A stretch of 39,135 bases of DNA from positions 1-39,135 of IMG/VR virus record IMGVR_UViG_3300012665_000609. One strand, written 5' to 3'. Position numbers and translations under genes: made by a program. Below, piece after piece: positions 25,342 through 32,037 of the stretch. Position 1 is the stretch's first letter, and every line of letters begins with the position of its first letter. Source of the stretch: a virus (lineage: Duplodnaviria > Caudoviricetes). The notes beneath the pieces were generated by a model, which had not been told where the DNA came from, did not search any database, and saw only the letters and a program-made list of their open reading frames with translations.

Positions 25342-26951
25342 AGCTTCTCATCTTCTGTCTCAACCATGCGTCCTGTGTACTTGCTATACACAAGGTTACA
25401 AGCATGTCCTGTTAAGCCAGAGAACCTGTTTTTCAATACACGCACCTTGGTAGTGTTACGTTCCTTCTCATCGTCTGCCTGACCATTACGTTCAAGGCCA
25501 AGCACCATGTCAGAGAGCTGAGCAATGGAGCCTGAGCCACGAAGCTGAGCCAAGGTGGTAGCAACCCCTTCCTCATGTCCTTTGCCCCCATCAGGACGCT
25601 TTAAGTGGCTCACAAGGACAAGGCTAATACCTGTACGTTGAACCAATGTACGAAGCTCAGTCATGATGGTGTCTAAAGCCTTACGTTCATCACCATTCTG
25701 CTGAGAGCTTACAACAATGGACACGTGGTCAAGGAACACATAGCCACAACCAAAAGCATTAGCAAACTCTTCTGTCCTCTTCACAATGTTCTGGATGTCT
25801 GTGCTACCGAAGTGGTCAAACATATACAGTCTGTCTGTACCAAGGGTGACATCAAAAGCTGCCCTCTTCTCTTCCATTGTAGCATCACAATCAGGCAAGT
25901 GCAAGGGCTTGTTTGCAGCCAAAGACATGATGGATGTGCCTGTCTTACGAACACTTTCTTCCAAGAACATCAAGCCAATGTTGTCCTGTGTCTTGCATAG
26001 GATGTGCCAGATAAGCTCACGCAAGAACTGACTCTTACCTAAGCCACTACCAGCAGTGACAGTTACAAGCTCTCCCTTGCGAATACCATAGGTGAGTTTG
26101 TTAAGGCCATCAAATGGGTAGGACACCTCTGCCTTCTCCAAAGGCTTAGACACCTGCTCCCACAAGGTGGAGCCAGCAACAATACCATCGGGGATGTGCT
26201 TCTCAGCAGCCCACCAACGGTCAATAAACTCCTTCTCTTTGCCAGCAAGGAGCCAATCACAGCCATCCTTCAGGCCATCAACCCCCTTCATAACCTTCAC
26301 CTTAGAGCCAAGCACAGAGCATAGCTGAGCTGCCCCTTGTTGCCCCTGCTCGTCATTGTCAAAGCAAACAACGATGTTCTCAAAGCTATTGAGCCACTCG
26401 TAATGCTCCTTGGCATCCTTTGCTGCACCTCCTGCACCGTTACGCACAGAGACAACAGGCCACTTGGAGCCAAGCATTTGGAACACAGCAAGGGCATCAT
26501 ACTCACCCTCAACAATGGTTAAATACTTCCCTCCCTTGGTGAACAAGTTCTGCCCGAACAAGCAGGTGGCTTTCCAGTCTCCCTCAATGACAAACTTCTT
26601 CTCCTTGATGCTTCGCTTCTTTGTTGCAAAGAGCTTCCCATCGCTGTCATAGTAGGGAAACCATACATGAGAGGCATCAGAAACAATACCATACTTCTCC
26701 ACTGTGCTCCTGCTAATACGTCTACTTCCAATGGCTGGTGTTGCCAATGTTTGAAAGGCCAATCTAATGGCATCTATAGCCCCATCCACAGGCTTTGTGG
26801 CGGTTGTTGGTGTCTGCATACGTCCTTCTTCTTTTGTTGGCCTTGTGTGCGTGTTACAAACAAAGCAATAGGTTGAGCTGTCATCATTTACAGACATGCC
26901 ATCACTGCTATCACATGATGTGCATGGCTGATGTGTCTTAACAAAAGCCAT
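25338..26951 (-). CDS. DNA primase-helicase (T7 gp4-like)
   Basis: CxxC...CxxC Zn finger, TOPRIM EGEYDA/FDND, Walker A AGSGLGKS, FLDH, LVSHL, LRGSGSIAQLSD, KNRFSG. Start re-assigned to ATG 26951 (SD GGAAG). Confidence 0.95.
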   Translation of the reverse strand: MAFVKTHQPCTSCDSSDGMSVNDDSSTYCFVCNTHTRPTKEEGRMQTPTTATKPVDGAIDAIRLAFQTLATPAIGSRRISRSTVEKYGIVSDASHVWFPYYDSDGKLFATKKRSIKEKKFVIEGDWKATCLFGQNLFTKGGKYLTIVEGEYDALAVFQMLGSKWPVVSVRNGAGGAAKDAKEHYEWLNSFENIVVCFDNDEQGQQGAAQLCSVLGSKVKVMKGVDGLKDGCDWLLAGKEKEFIDRWWAAEKHIPDGIVAGSTLWEQVSKPLEKAEVSYPFDGLNKLTYGIRKGELVTVTAGSGLGKSQFLRELIWHILCKTQDNIGLMFLEESVRKTGTSIMSLAANKPLHLPDCDATMEEKRAAFDVTLGTDRLYMFDHFGSTDIQNIVKRTEEFANAFGCGYVFLDHVSIVVSSQQNGDERKALDTIMTELRTLVQRTGISLVLVSHLKRPDGGKGHEEGVATTLAQLRGSGSIAQLSDMVLGLERNGQADDEKERNTTKVRVLKNRFSGLTGHACNLVYSKYTGRMVETEDEKL

Positions 26952-27148
26952 CAATACTTCCAATCATTCCATAAATTTTTCTGTCTTTCTTCTAGCTCTT
27001 CTTGAGACAAAGGTAAAGAGTTTTTCTTTGTTAAGAGAGCTTCTTGAAAGGCTTCCATGAATTTAACATAACCAACGAGAGATACAAGCTCAACACAATC
27101 AGCAATTGTGAAAGACATAAACCTCTCTATCTTTTCATTCTTCGTCAT
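26951..27148 (-). CDS. Hypothetical protein
   Basis: Probable start MTKNEKIERF. TGATG coupling to the primase. Confidence 0.55.
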   Translation of the reverse strand: MTKNEKIERFMSFTIADCVELVSLVGYVKFMEAFQEALLTKKNSLPLSQEELEERQKNLWNDWKY

Positions 27149-27323
27149 CTTCAATGTCCTCATCATCTGATGCATGTTGTAAGTCTTGTCTCTCTACAAC
27201 ATCCATATCATCTTTAACGTGAAAGAAACAACCATTACACATGTCTAAGAACTCACCACTCTGAGCACTCTTACGAGTAGCTTCAAAGTCAGACAACACA
27301 GCATTACAACAATAACATCTCAT
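27135..27323 (-). CDS. Small Zn-finger protein with acidic tail
   Basis: MRCYCCN..LSDFEATRK...LDMCNGC. SD AAGGA. First gene after the promoter at 27369-27397. Confidence 0.65.
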   Translation of the reverse strand: MRCYCCNAVLSDFEATRKSAQSGEFLDMCNGCFFHVKDDMDVVERQDLQHASDDEDIEDDEE

Positions 27324-27368
27324 ATGTTTTCCTTAATATTATTAATTAGAAGCTTCTTATATGTATTT

Positions 27369-27397
27369 ATTATATGACACATACAAGAAGCTGTCAA
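27369..27397 (-). promoter_or_regulatory. Consensus sigma70 promoter for the replication operon
   Basis: Minus strand TTGACA - 17 nt - TATAAT. Confidence 0.85.
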
Positions 27398-27407
27398 GGG
27401 CATCATA

Positions 27408-27425
27408 GGTAACTGGCTAGTTACC
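27408..27425. promoter_or_regulatory. Palindromic box copy (GGTAACT-GGCT-AGTTACC), 10 bp upstream of the -35
   Basis: Perfect 7-bp arms. Confidence 0.65.
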
Positions 27426-27864
27426 ACGAGGAACAGTAGTAAAAATCATACTTACGAGAATCTTCTATTGACAAAACATTTTCTATGATGGCTTTTGTGT
27501 TGATGAGGTCATCGAAGTAGCTCTCATCATACAAGTCACTACCAAAGAAGAAGCCATTGGTTGTAGGCAACAACTCATTTGCCTTGTCTTTATTACGCAA
27601 CACCTCATTGACAAGCTCAAGCAGACGTTCCAATGCCTCATATGTGACAAGATGCTCAGCACAATTATCAACACCTCCCTGAACATTATCAACAAACCAC
27701 TTATGAATTTGGTTAGCTTTACGCCAGTAGCCAGCCTCATATGACAGCTCTTTGATAGGCATACCATTAACTTTTAAATTTTCCAAAGCATCACGCAAAG
27801 TCTTGCCATCATCTCCAAAGCTATAGATGTAACGCTTTGCTGTCAAATACATATCGAGTCCCAT
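27421..27864 (-). CDS. Conserved phage hypothetical protein (MGLDMYL family)
   Basis: MGLDMYL...YWRKANQIHKWFV...LPTTNGFFFGS..YDE.Y...YYCSSW. Confidence 0.75.
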   Translation of the reverse strand: MGLDMYLTAKRYIYSFGDDGKTLRDALENLKVNGMPIKELSYEAGYWRKANQIHKWFVDNVQGGVDNCAEHLVTYEALERLLELVNEVLRNKDKANELLPTTNGFFFGSDLYDESYFDDLINTKAIIENVLSIEDSRKYDFYYCSSW

Positions 27865-27966
27865 TCATTTCTCCTTCTGTTTAAAGAATCTAATTATACA
27901 CAAACCAATAACAAACCCAATGATATACACCAAGAAGATGCCAATGCCATCAACATGGTTCCGCAT
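27865..27966 (-). CDS. Small single-TM protein (33 aa)
   Basis: MRNHVDGIGIFLVYIIGFVIGLCIIRFFKQKEK. SD GGAGG. Confidence 0.5.
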   Translation of the reverse strand: MRNHVDGIGIFLVYIIGFVIGLCIIRFFKQKEK

Positions 27967-28330
27967 TACCAGCCTCCACAAATGGAACACCGTCATGAAT
28001 TGCCATTCTAGCAAACCTAGCAGTATGCACAGGCTTACCAAGCATTGTGACAAACGAAGAGAACATGTATGGATTGTACAACACAGGAGTCCATAACACC
28101 TCTTCCTTAGTCCAATCATAAGAGGATGTTACAAAACCAACAACCCCTGCATGTACGTTCTTACGCCTCTCACGCACCACACGCTGTCTTCCAGCCTCTG
28201 AAACCTTGAAGGTTGGACTATCAATGGCTAGCATTGTTCTATGGCCTATAACCCTACCCTTCTGTGGGCCTTCTAAAGCCTTCACAGAGAAGACACGCTT
28301 GTGCAAGTTGAAATATACAAACACCTTCAT
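27950..28330 (-). CDS. Conserved phage hypothetical protein
   Basis: Start re-assigned to ATG 28330. VFVYFNLHK..FSVK...GRVI...F.VSEAGRQRV.RE.RKNVHA...YNPY. Confidence 0.7.
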   Translation of the reverse strand: MKVFVYFNLHKRVFSVKALEGPQKGRVIGHRTMLAIDSPTFKVSEAGRQRVVRERRKNVHAGVVGFVTSSYDWTKEEVLWTPVLYNPYMFSSFVTMLGKPVHTARFARMAIHDGVPFVEAGNAEPC

Positions 28331-28605
28331 GCTGCTTTCCTCATCAAAAGCTCTAGGAAATTCTCCCCAATGTAGGGAAGTTTTACCCAAACTTTGCCAT
28401 TCTTTTTACCATGAAAATCATAAAGTACTTCTTCATAGCCAGCAATGTCATGGGCATAGATGCTGCCCATCTCTGTGTATGTACCAAACACAGTAGCCAT
28501 GCGTATGGAGCCACGCTTGTTGTCTTCAAGCACAGCCTCCCAACCATTACGTAAGACAACACGTGTCCCCTTCTTTAACGCATTTGTTTGTGCATACTTA
28601 CTCAT
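28327..28605 (-). CDS. Hypothetical early protein
   Basis: SD GGAGG, ATGA-coupled. LKKGTRVVLRNGW...EMGSIYAHDI. Confidence 0.6.
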   Translation of the reverse strand: MSKYAQTNALKKGTRVVLRNGWEAVLEDNKRGSIRMATVFGTYTEMGSIYAHDIAGYEEVLYDFHGKKNGKVWVKLPYIGENFLELLMRKAA

Positions 28606-28817
28606 ACTGCCTCCCCTAAAATCTCTACATAATCTGGAGCATCTTCTCTTTCAAGAACGACAACTGTCTGTTTAGCCATCGCCTCAATATACGTACTTAC
28701 ACCTTCCACAAGAACATGGAAGTTATCATCACTCATATGCCCATCAAGATTATTCAATGTTGCAACTAGCGTCAAATCGCCATCTTCCCGCATAAACCCT
28801 ATCGATACTGTTTTCAT
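28602..28817 (-). CDS. Hypothetical early protein
   Basis: Start re-assigned to ATG 28817 (SD AAGGAGG). Confidence 0.55.
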   Translation of the reverse strand: MKTVSIGFMREDGDLTLVATLNNLDGHMSDDNFHVLVEGVSTYIEAMAKQTVVVLEREDAPDYVEILGEAV

Positions 28818-28948
28818 ACTGCCTCCTTGATGATGACACAAGACAAGCCCATTTGTTGCCATTTAACAACAAGAGCATTGGCCTCTTCTTCTGTCTCTTT
28901 GTAATTGATGAAGTCAATAACTCCCTTACTGCCTACAATTTTATACAT
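28814..28948 (-). CDS. Hypothetical early protein (44 aa)
   Basis: MYKIVGSKG...EEEANALVVKW. SD AAGGA. Confidence 0.5.
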   Translation of the reverse strand: MYKIVGSKGVIDFINYKETEEEANALVVKWQQMGLSCVIIKEAV

Positions 28949-28949
28949 G

Positions 28950-29585
28950 TTAGATTCCTTTGATTTGAAAAACTTTAGCCATCTTACGTGAATGGGAAAC
29001 ATACGCAACAACCTTGACACCCTTGTCCCAACAAGCCGTGCATGTGTCACATTTCCCTGCTTGCAAACTACTAGGGCATACGTGAATGCCCCTTCTGTGC
29101 TCGTGGGATTTAATCACCATTGATGTGGTGTTCCCATCTATTTGTTCTTCTACATTGTCGGCACTGAGGCGAACAACAACATTAGGTAGACAATCCAAAG
29201 CCCCTAAGACATTGGCATATTTCTCAAACTTGTGCATACGTGTGGGCAACCAATGCTTGACATGTGGTGTGAGCCTACAAACATCGTAGATTTTCCATGC
29301 CAAGTCAACGGAATAAATGTCTCCACTGTCAAACCATCTGAATTTCGTCTGCTTGACAAGGGATTTGACCATACGGTCTACCCAATCGTCTGTTTGCCAG
29401 TCTTCTTTGTTACTTTTACGCAACTTTATGGCATCTGGCATGTGATAAAACCCTTGCGTGGCATAACAGCCTTGACAAACCTCGACAAGCTGTCCGTCTT
29501 TGCCAACACTGCCTTGACAAGTTTCAAGGGCTTGAAGGCTCCAACTAAAACAGCCAAGCTTTGATGTACGACTAAGCATGTCCAT
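28950..29585 (-). CDS. GP88-like Cys-rich, radical-SAM-like Fe-S protein
   Basis: TSKL...SWSL.A..TC-x13-CQGCYA, FRWFDSGD, HWLPTR, NVVVRLS, C-terminal C-x8-CxxCxxCW. Confidence 0.7.
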   Translation of the reverse strand: MDMLSRTSKLGCFSWSLQALETCQGSVGKDGQLVEVCQGCYATQGFYHMPDAIKLRKSNKEDWQTDDWVDRMVKSLVKQTKFRWFDSGDIYSVDLAWKIYDVCRLTPHVKHWLPTRMHKFEKYANVLGALDCLPNVVVRLSADNVEEQIDGNTTSMVIKSHEHRRGIHVCPSSLQAGKCDTCTACWDKGVKVVAYVSHSRKMAKVFQIKGI

Positions 29586-29658
29586 TCTCCAACAAAAGAA
29601 TTAACAAGGTGATTGCCAGCAAAATGGCGCATGTAACTGTGAATTGTTTATCTGTCAT
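29572..29658 (-). CDS. Tiny hydrophobic peptide (28 aa)
   Basis: MTDKQFTVTCAILLAITLLILLLENGHA. SD GGAG. Confidence 0.45.
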   Translation of the reverse strand: MTDKQFTVTCAILLAITLLILLLENGHA

Positions 29659-29673
29659 TTGATGCTCCAACAA

Positions 29674-29724
29674 GGCAGGATTGCCACATAAGCCCACAGC
29701 AATGGGCTTATGAAGAGCCCTGTC
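29674..29724. other. Long interrupted intergenic hairpin (possible RNA processing site)
   Basis: CATAAGCCCA-cagcaa-TGGGCTTATG 10-bp stem (29687-29712) plus an outer CAGG/CCTG stem. Confidence 0.5.
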
Positions 29725-29968
29725 AAATTGCAATTGCTTGCTTCTGTACGGACAAACGCTTCTTGTCACGGTGCACACGAATGACAGCACTAGGGGAAAC
29801 TTTGACAACATGGCCTCCCTGTGCAATTTTCACTGCCACCTTGAAAAACCCACGACTGACAATCTTTCCATTGTAGTGCTTACCACCCACATAAACAGTG
29901 AGGAAACGTCCACCATGATTGGCGACAAACTGCTTGGCGACAAAAAATGCCTTGATTGATGAAAACAT
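29723..29968 (-). CDS. Small basic beta-rich early protein, possible Sm/Hfq- or SH3-like fold
   Basis: Start re-assigned to ATG 29968 (SD GGAG). FLTVYVGGKHYNGKIVS..FFKVAVK...VVKVSPSAVIRV. Confidence 0.55.
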   Translation of the reverse strand: MFSSIKAFFVAKQFVANHGGRFLTVYVGGKHYNGKIVSRGFFKVAVKIAQGGHVVKVSPSAVIRVHRDKKRLSVQKQAIAI

Positions 29969-29978
29969 AAAAACTCCA

Positions 29979-29996
29979 AGTAACTCGCTAGTAACG
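29979..29996. promoter_or_regulatory. Palindromic box copy (AGTAACT-CGCT-AGTAACG) next to an SD
   Basis: One-mismatch core copy of the repeated motif. Confidence 0.55.
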
Positions 29997-30015
29997 CTAG
30001 CACGTTTCCTACAAA

Positions 30016-30134
30016 GCGCAGGGAAAAGCTTTGGTGCTTTTCTATGTGCTCTGAAACCCATCAAGGGCTAGGGGCTTTGTCACCGGAAGGTTACATTTAG
30101 CGCAACTTTCCGATTACTTCCCCTAGGCTTTCCC
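30016..30134. other. Two imperfect stem-loops in an early intergenic spacer
   Basis: GAAAAGC/GCTTTTC stem with extension (30016-30049). Nested CTAGGGG/CCCCTAG and CGGAAGGTT/AACTTTCCG stems (30068-30126). Confidence 0.45.
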
Positions 30135-30137
30135 TCA

Positions 30138-30695
30138 TCATACCTTTTCGTTGATTTTAGCCATCGCTTGAAGAATCAATTCGCTAGCGATTTTGTAACC
30201 CTTATCATAACAGAGGGCTTGAATTATCTCTAAGTTATTCAAGATTTTATCATCTTCGGAGAATGTAACTTCCTCTGTCTCTGCTTCCTCTGTCTCTGTC
30301 TCATCTTTAGGGGCTTTGCTTACATTGCCTTCCTCATCGATAACCTTGCTTCCCGATTCAAGGCCTCTAAGGTCTTTGACTAGGCTTTGCACCGATTCAT
30401 AATTGTCGATGATATTGAAAAGTGTGTTTCTTGTTTCTTGATTGCTAGCATGGTCGCATATTTTCTTGAATTCTGATTTTCTGGTCTTTGCCGTGTTCGG
30501 GTTATACAAGGTCTTGCATTGTGTGGCATACCCTTCAATCATCGCCTCATATTCTGCTTTATTTTCCACAGTGTAAACCCCGATTGTTTCCTTCAGGGTT
30601 TTCAAAAGCTTCCCGTTGACGTTAGCTTGCTCGCATGCGAATGCCGCTCCCAGTGCTTCGGGCGACGTGCCCTCTTGTTTCTTTGCTTTGCTCAT
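30138..30695 (-). CDS. First early gene, hypothetical protein (185 aa) with acidic linker
   Basis: Start re-assigned to ATG 30695 (SD GGAGG). DETETEEAETEE patch. Confidence 0.65.
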   Translation of the reverse strand: MSKAKKQEGTSPEALGAAFACEQANVNGKLLKTLKETIGVYTVENKAEYEAMIEGYATQCKTLYNPNTAKTRKSEFKKICDHASNQETRNTLFNIIDNYESVQSLVKDLRGLESGSKVIDEEGNVSKAPKDETETEEAETEEVTFSEDDKILNNLEIIQALCYDKGYKIASELILQAMAKINEKV

Positions 30696-30710
30696 GGTGT
30701 TCCTCCGTTT

Positions 30711-30730
30711 GGTTACTAGGTAGTTACCGA
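30711..30730. repeat. 20-bp direct repeat / palindromic box (GGTTACTAGGTAGTTACCGA), copy 1
   Basis: Identical to 30817-30836. Confidence 0.85.
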
Positions 30731-30755
30731 GACCCATTCTCTGTAACATGGTGTC

Positions 30756-30786
30756 ATTCTAACATGGTTTCAATTGTGCATGTCAA
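30756..30786 (-). promoter_or_regulatory. sigma70-like early promoter with a long spacer
   Basis: Minus strand TTGACA - 19 nt - TAGAAT, with extended TGn. The spacing is non-optimal. Confidence 0.5.
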
Positions 30787-30816
30787 TCGCTCAATTAATA
30801 CCCTACTAGAACATGG

Positions 30817-30836
30817 GGTTACTAGGTAGTTACCGA
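30817..30836. repeat. 20-bp direct repeat / palindromic box, copy 2
   Basis: Identical to 30711-30730. Just downstream of the sigma54 site. Confidence 0.85.
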
Positions 30837-30859
30837 TTGTTTCCCCATGCTATATACTA

Positions 30860-30875
30860 TGCAAGTGCTGTGCCA
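30860..30875 (-). promoter_or_regulatory. sigma54 (RpoN) -24/-12 promoter pointing into the early arm
   Basis: Minus strand TGGCAC-AGCAC-TTGCA, with exact GG-N10-GC spacing, in non-coding DNA. Confidence 0.7.
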
Positions 30876-30985
30876 TGTATACTTAAGTAGTAGTGTCGTT
30901 AGTACGTTTGTTTTCAGAAGCCATGGACTTGTAATACTTTTGTTTTCAACTATTATTTATTACTACTTATAGGTTACATTATTTC

Positions 30986-31063
30986 TGCACCATATCTGTG
31001 CATTTGACCCTTCTGTGCACTGTGTTGGTGCTTCATGTGCGAGAGTTTCCCCATAGTGGTGCA
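30986..31063. promoter_or_regulatory. Three NtrC-like enhancer boxes
   Basis: TGCACCAtatCTGTGCA (30986), TGCACTGtgtTGGTGCT (31016) and TTCCCCAtagTGGTGCA (31047), versus NtrC consensus TGCACCA-N3-TGGTGCA. Period 30-31 bp. Confidence 0.6.
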
Positions 31064-31230
31064 TTTTGTGTGACAGTTAATACATAGGTAGTATACTAGG
31101 TAGTTTCCCTATAATGCTTTAGGTTTAGCTTCTGAGCTACTTGTTTGTTGTTGTAGTACTTAGGGTTGTAGGTGGCATCAGTGGTTGCCACATTAGTACT
31201 CATACCTCTTTAGTTTACATATCCCCCTTG

Positions 31231-31243
31231 TAAGTGCTTGATT
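31231..31243 (-). promoter_or_regulatory. IHF consensus site
   Basis: TAAGTGCTTGATT, the reverse complement of WATCAANNNNTTR. Confidence 0.55.
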
Positions 31244-31368
31244 TGTAACACAAAAGTACTACCGGGGGAGGGGACAACTTGTGCCAATATATGCGGAACC
31301 CGTAAGCATACAAAAAAGGGCTAAAATAGCATATAAGTAACAATTATTCGCATCTACTAAAAAGATTG

Positions 31369-31381
31369 TAAGTTATTGATT
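31369..31381 (-). promoter_or_regulatory. IHF consensus site
   Basis: TAAGTTATTGATT, the reverse complement of WATCAANNNNTTR. Confidence 0.55.
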
Positions 31382-31489
31382 TATATAACTAAAAGTAGTA
31401 AGGCATTCCACAATGTGAAAAGGAGATTAATGGGGGGACAGAACAATTAGAGTGTCCAGTCTAAAGTGCACTAAAGTCCTAGAAAGTGC

Positions 31490-31518
31490 TTGACAAGTTG
31501 AACAATGTATGTTATAAT
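31490..31518 (+). promoter_or_regulatory. Consensus sigma70 promoter for the packaging operon
   Basis: TTGACA - 17 nt - TATAAT, with extended TGn. Confidence 0.85.
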
Positions 31519-31578
31519 AAATACATATAAGCAATTAAGGAAGCTTAGATAATTATAAACATAATAAGCTTAGACTTA

Positions 31579-31600
31579 TAAGTAACTATGTAGTTACTTA
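31579..31600. promoter_or_regulatory. Palindromic box copy with 10-bp perfect arms
   Basis: TAAGTAACTA-TG-TAGTTACTTA in the terS leader. Confidence 0.65.
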
Positions 31601-31663
31601 GGAGCTGCACTGAAGGACTTAGAAGCTGCACAGATGGGCATAGAAGCCGCACAGAAGGACTTA
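31601..31663 (+). repeat. Three tandem imperfect 21-bp repeats abutting the terS start
   Basis: GGAGCTGCACTGAAGGACTTA / GAAGCTGCACAGATGGGCATA / GAAGCCGCACAGAAGGACTTA. Confidence 0.75.
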
Positions 31664-32037
31664 TGAACATAGATGTTCCTGTTAGAAAAAGAGGACGACC
31701 CAAGAAGACAGATATTGTTGCCAAGACACCCGGCAAAAGAAATGCTGTTGGAAGGCCAAAGGGCGAACAGGCAATTATTAACGAATACCGTGCTAGGATG
31801 TTAAACAGTCCTAAGAGCGAGAAGGTTATTGAGGCCATATATGGGGCTGCTTTGGACGACTCCCACAAGAACCAAGCAGCAGCGTGGAAGCTCATCATGG
31901 ATAGATTGTTGCCTCTCAGTCATTTTGAGAAGGACAAGAATGGTGGTGGTAGGGCTGCTGTGTCTATTACTATTACTGGTGTTGGTGGGGAGCAAACCAT
32001 CATCTCAGGTGGAGAAGACGAGGTTATTGATGTCTAA
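31663..32037 (+). CDS. terS: Terminase small subunit (putative)
   Basis: RKRGRPKK and GRPKG basic motifs, helical core, C-terminal beta strand (VSITITG). First gene of the packaging operon. Confidence 0.65.
   Translation: MNIDVPVRKRGRPKKTDIVAKTPGKRNAVGRPKGEQAIINEYRARMLNSPKSEKVIEAIYGAALDDSHKNQAAAWKLIMDRLLPLSHFEKDKNGGGRAAVSITITGVGGEQTIISGGEDEVIDV

Noticed and set aside
30696-31662. tRNA or protein-coding genes in the large intergenic region
   Set aside because: No cloverleaf or T-loop signature and no credible ORF with an SD. The content is explained by regulatory motifs.
31601-31663. CRISPR-like mini-array
   Set aside because: The repeats are contiguous with no spacers, and there are no cas genes.
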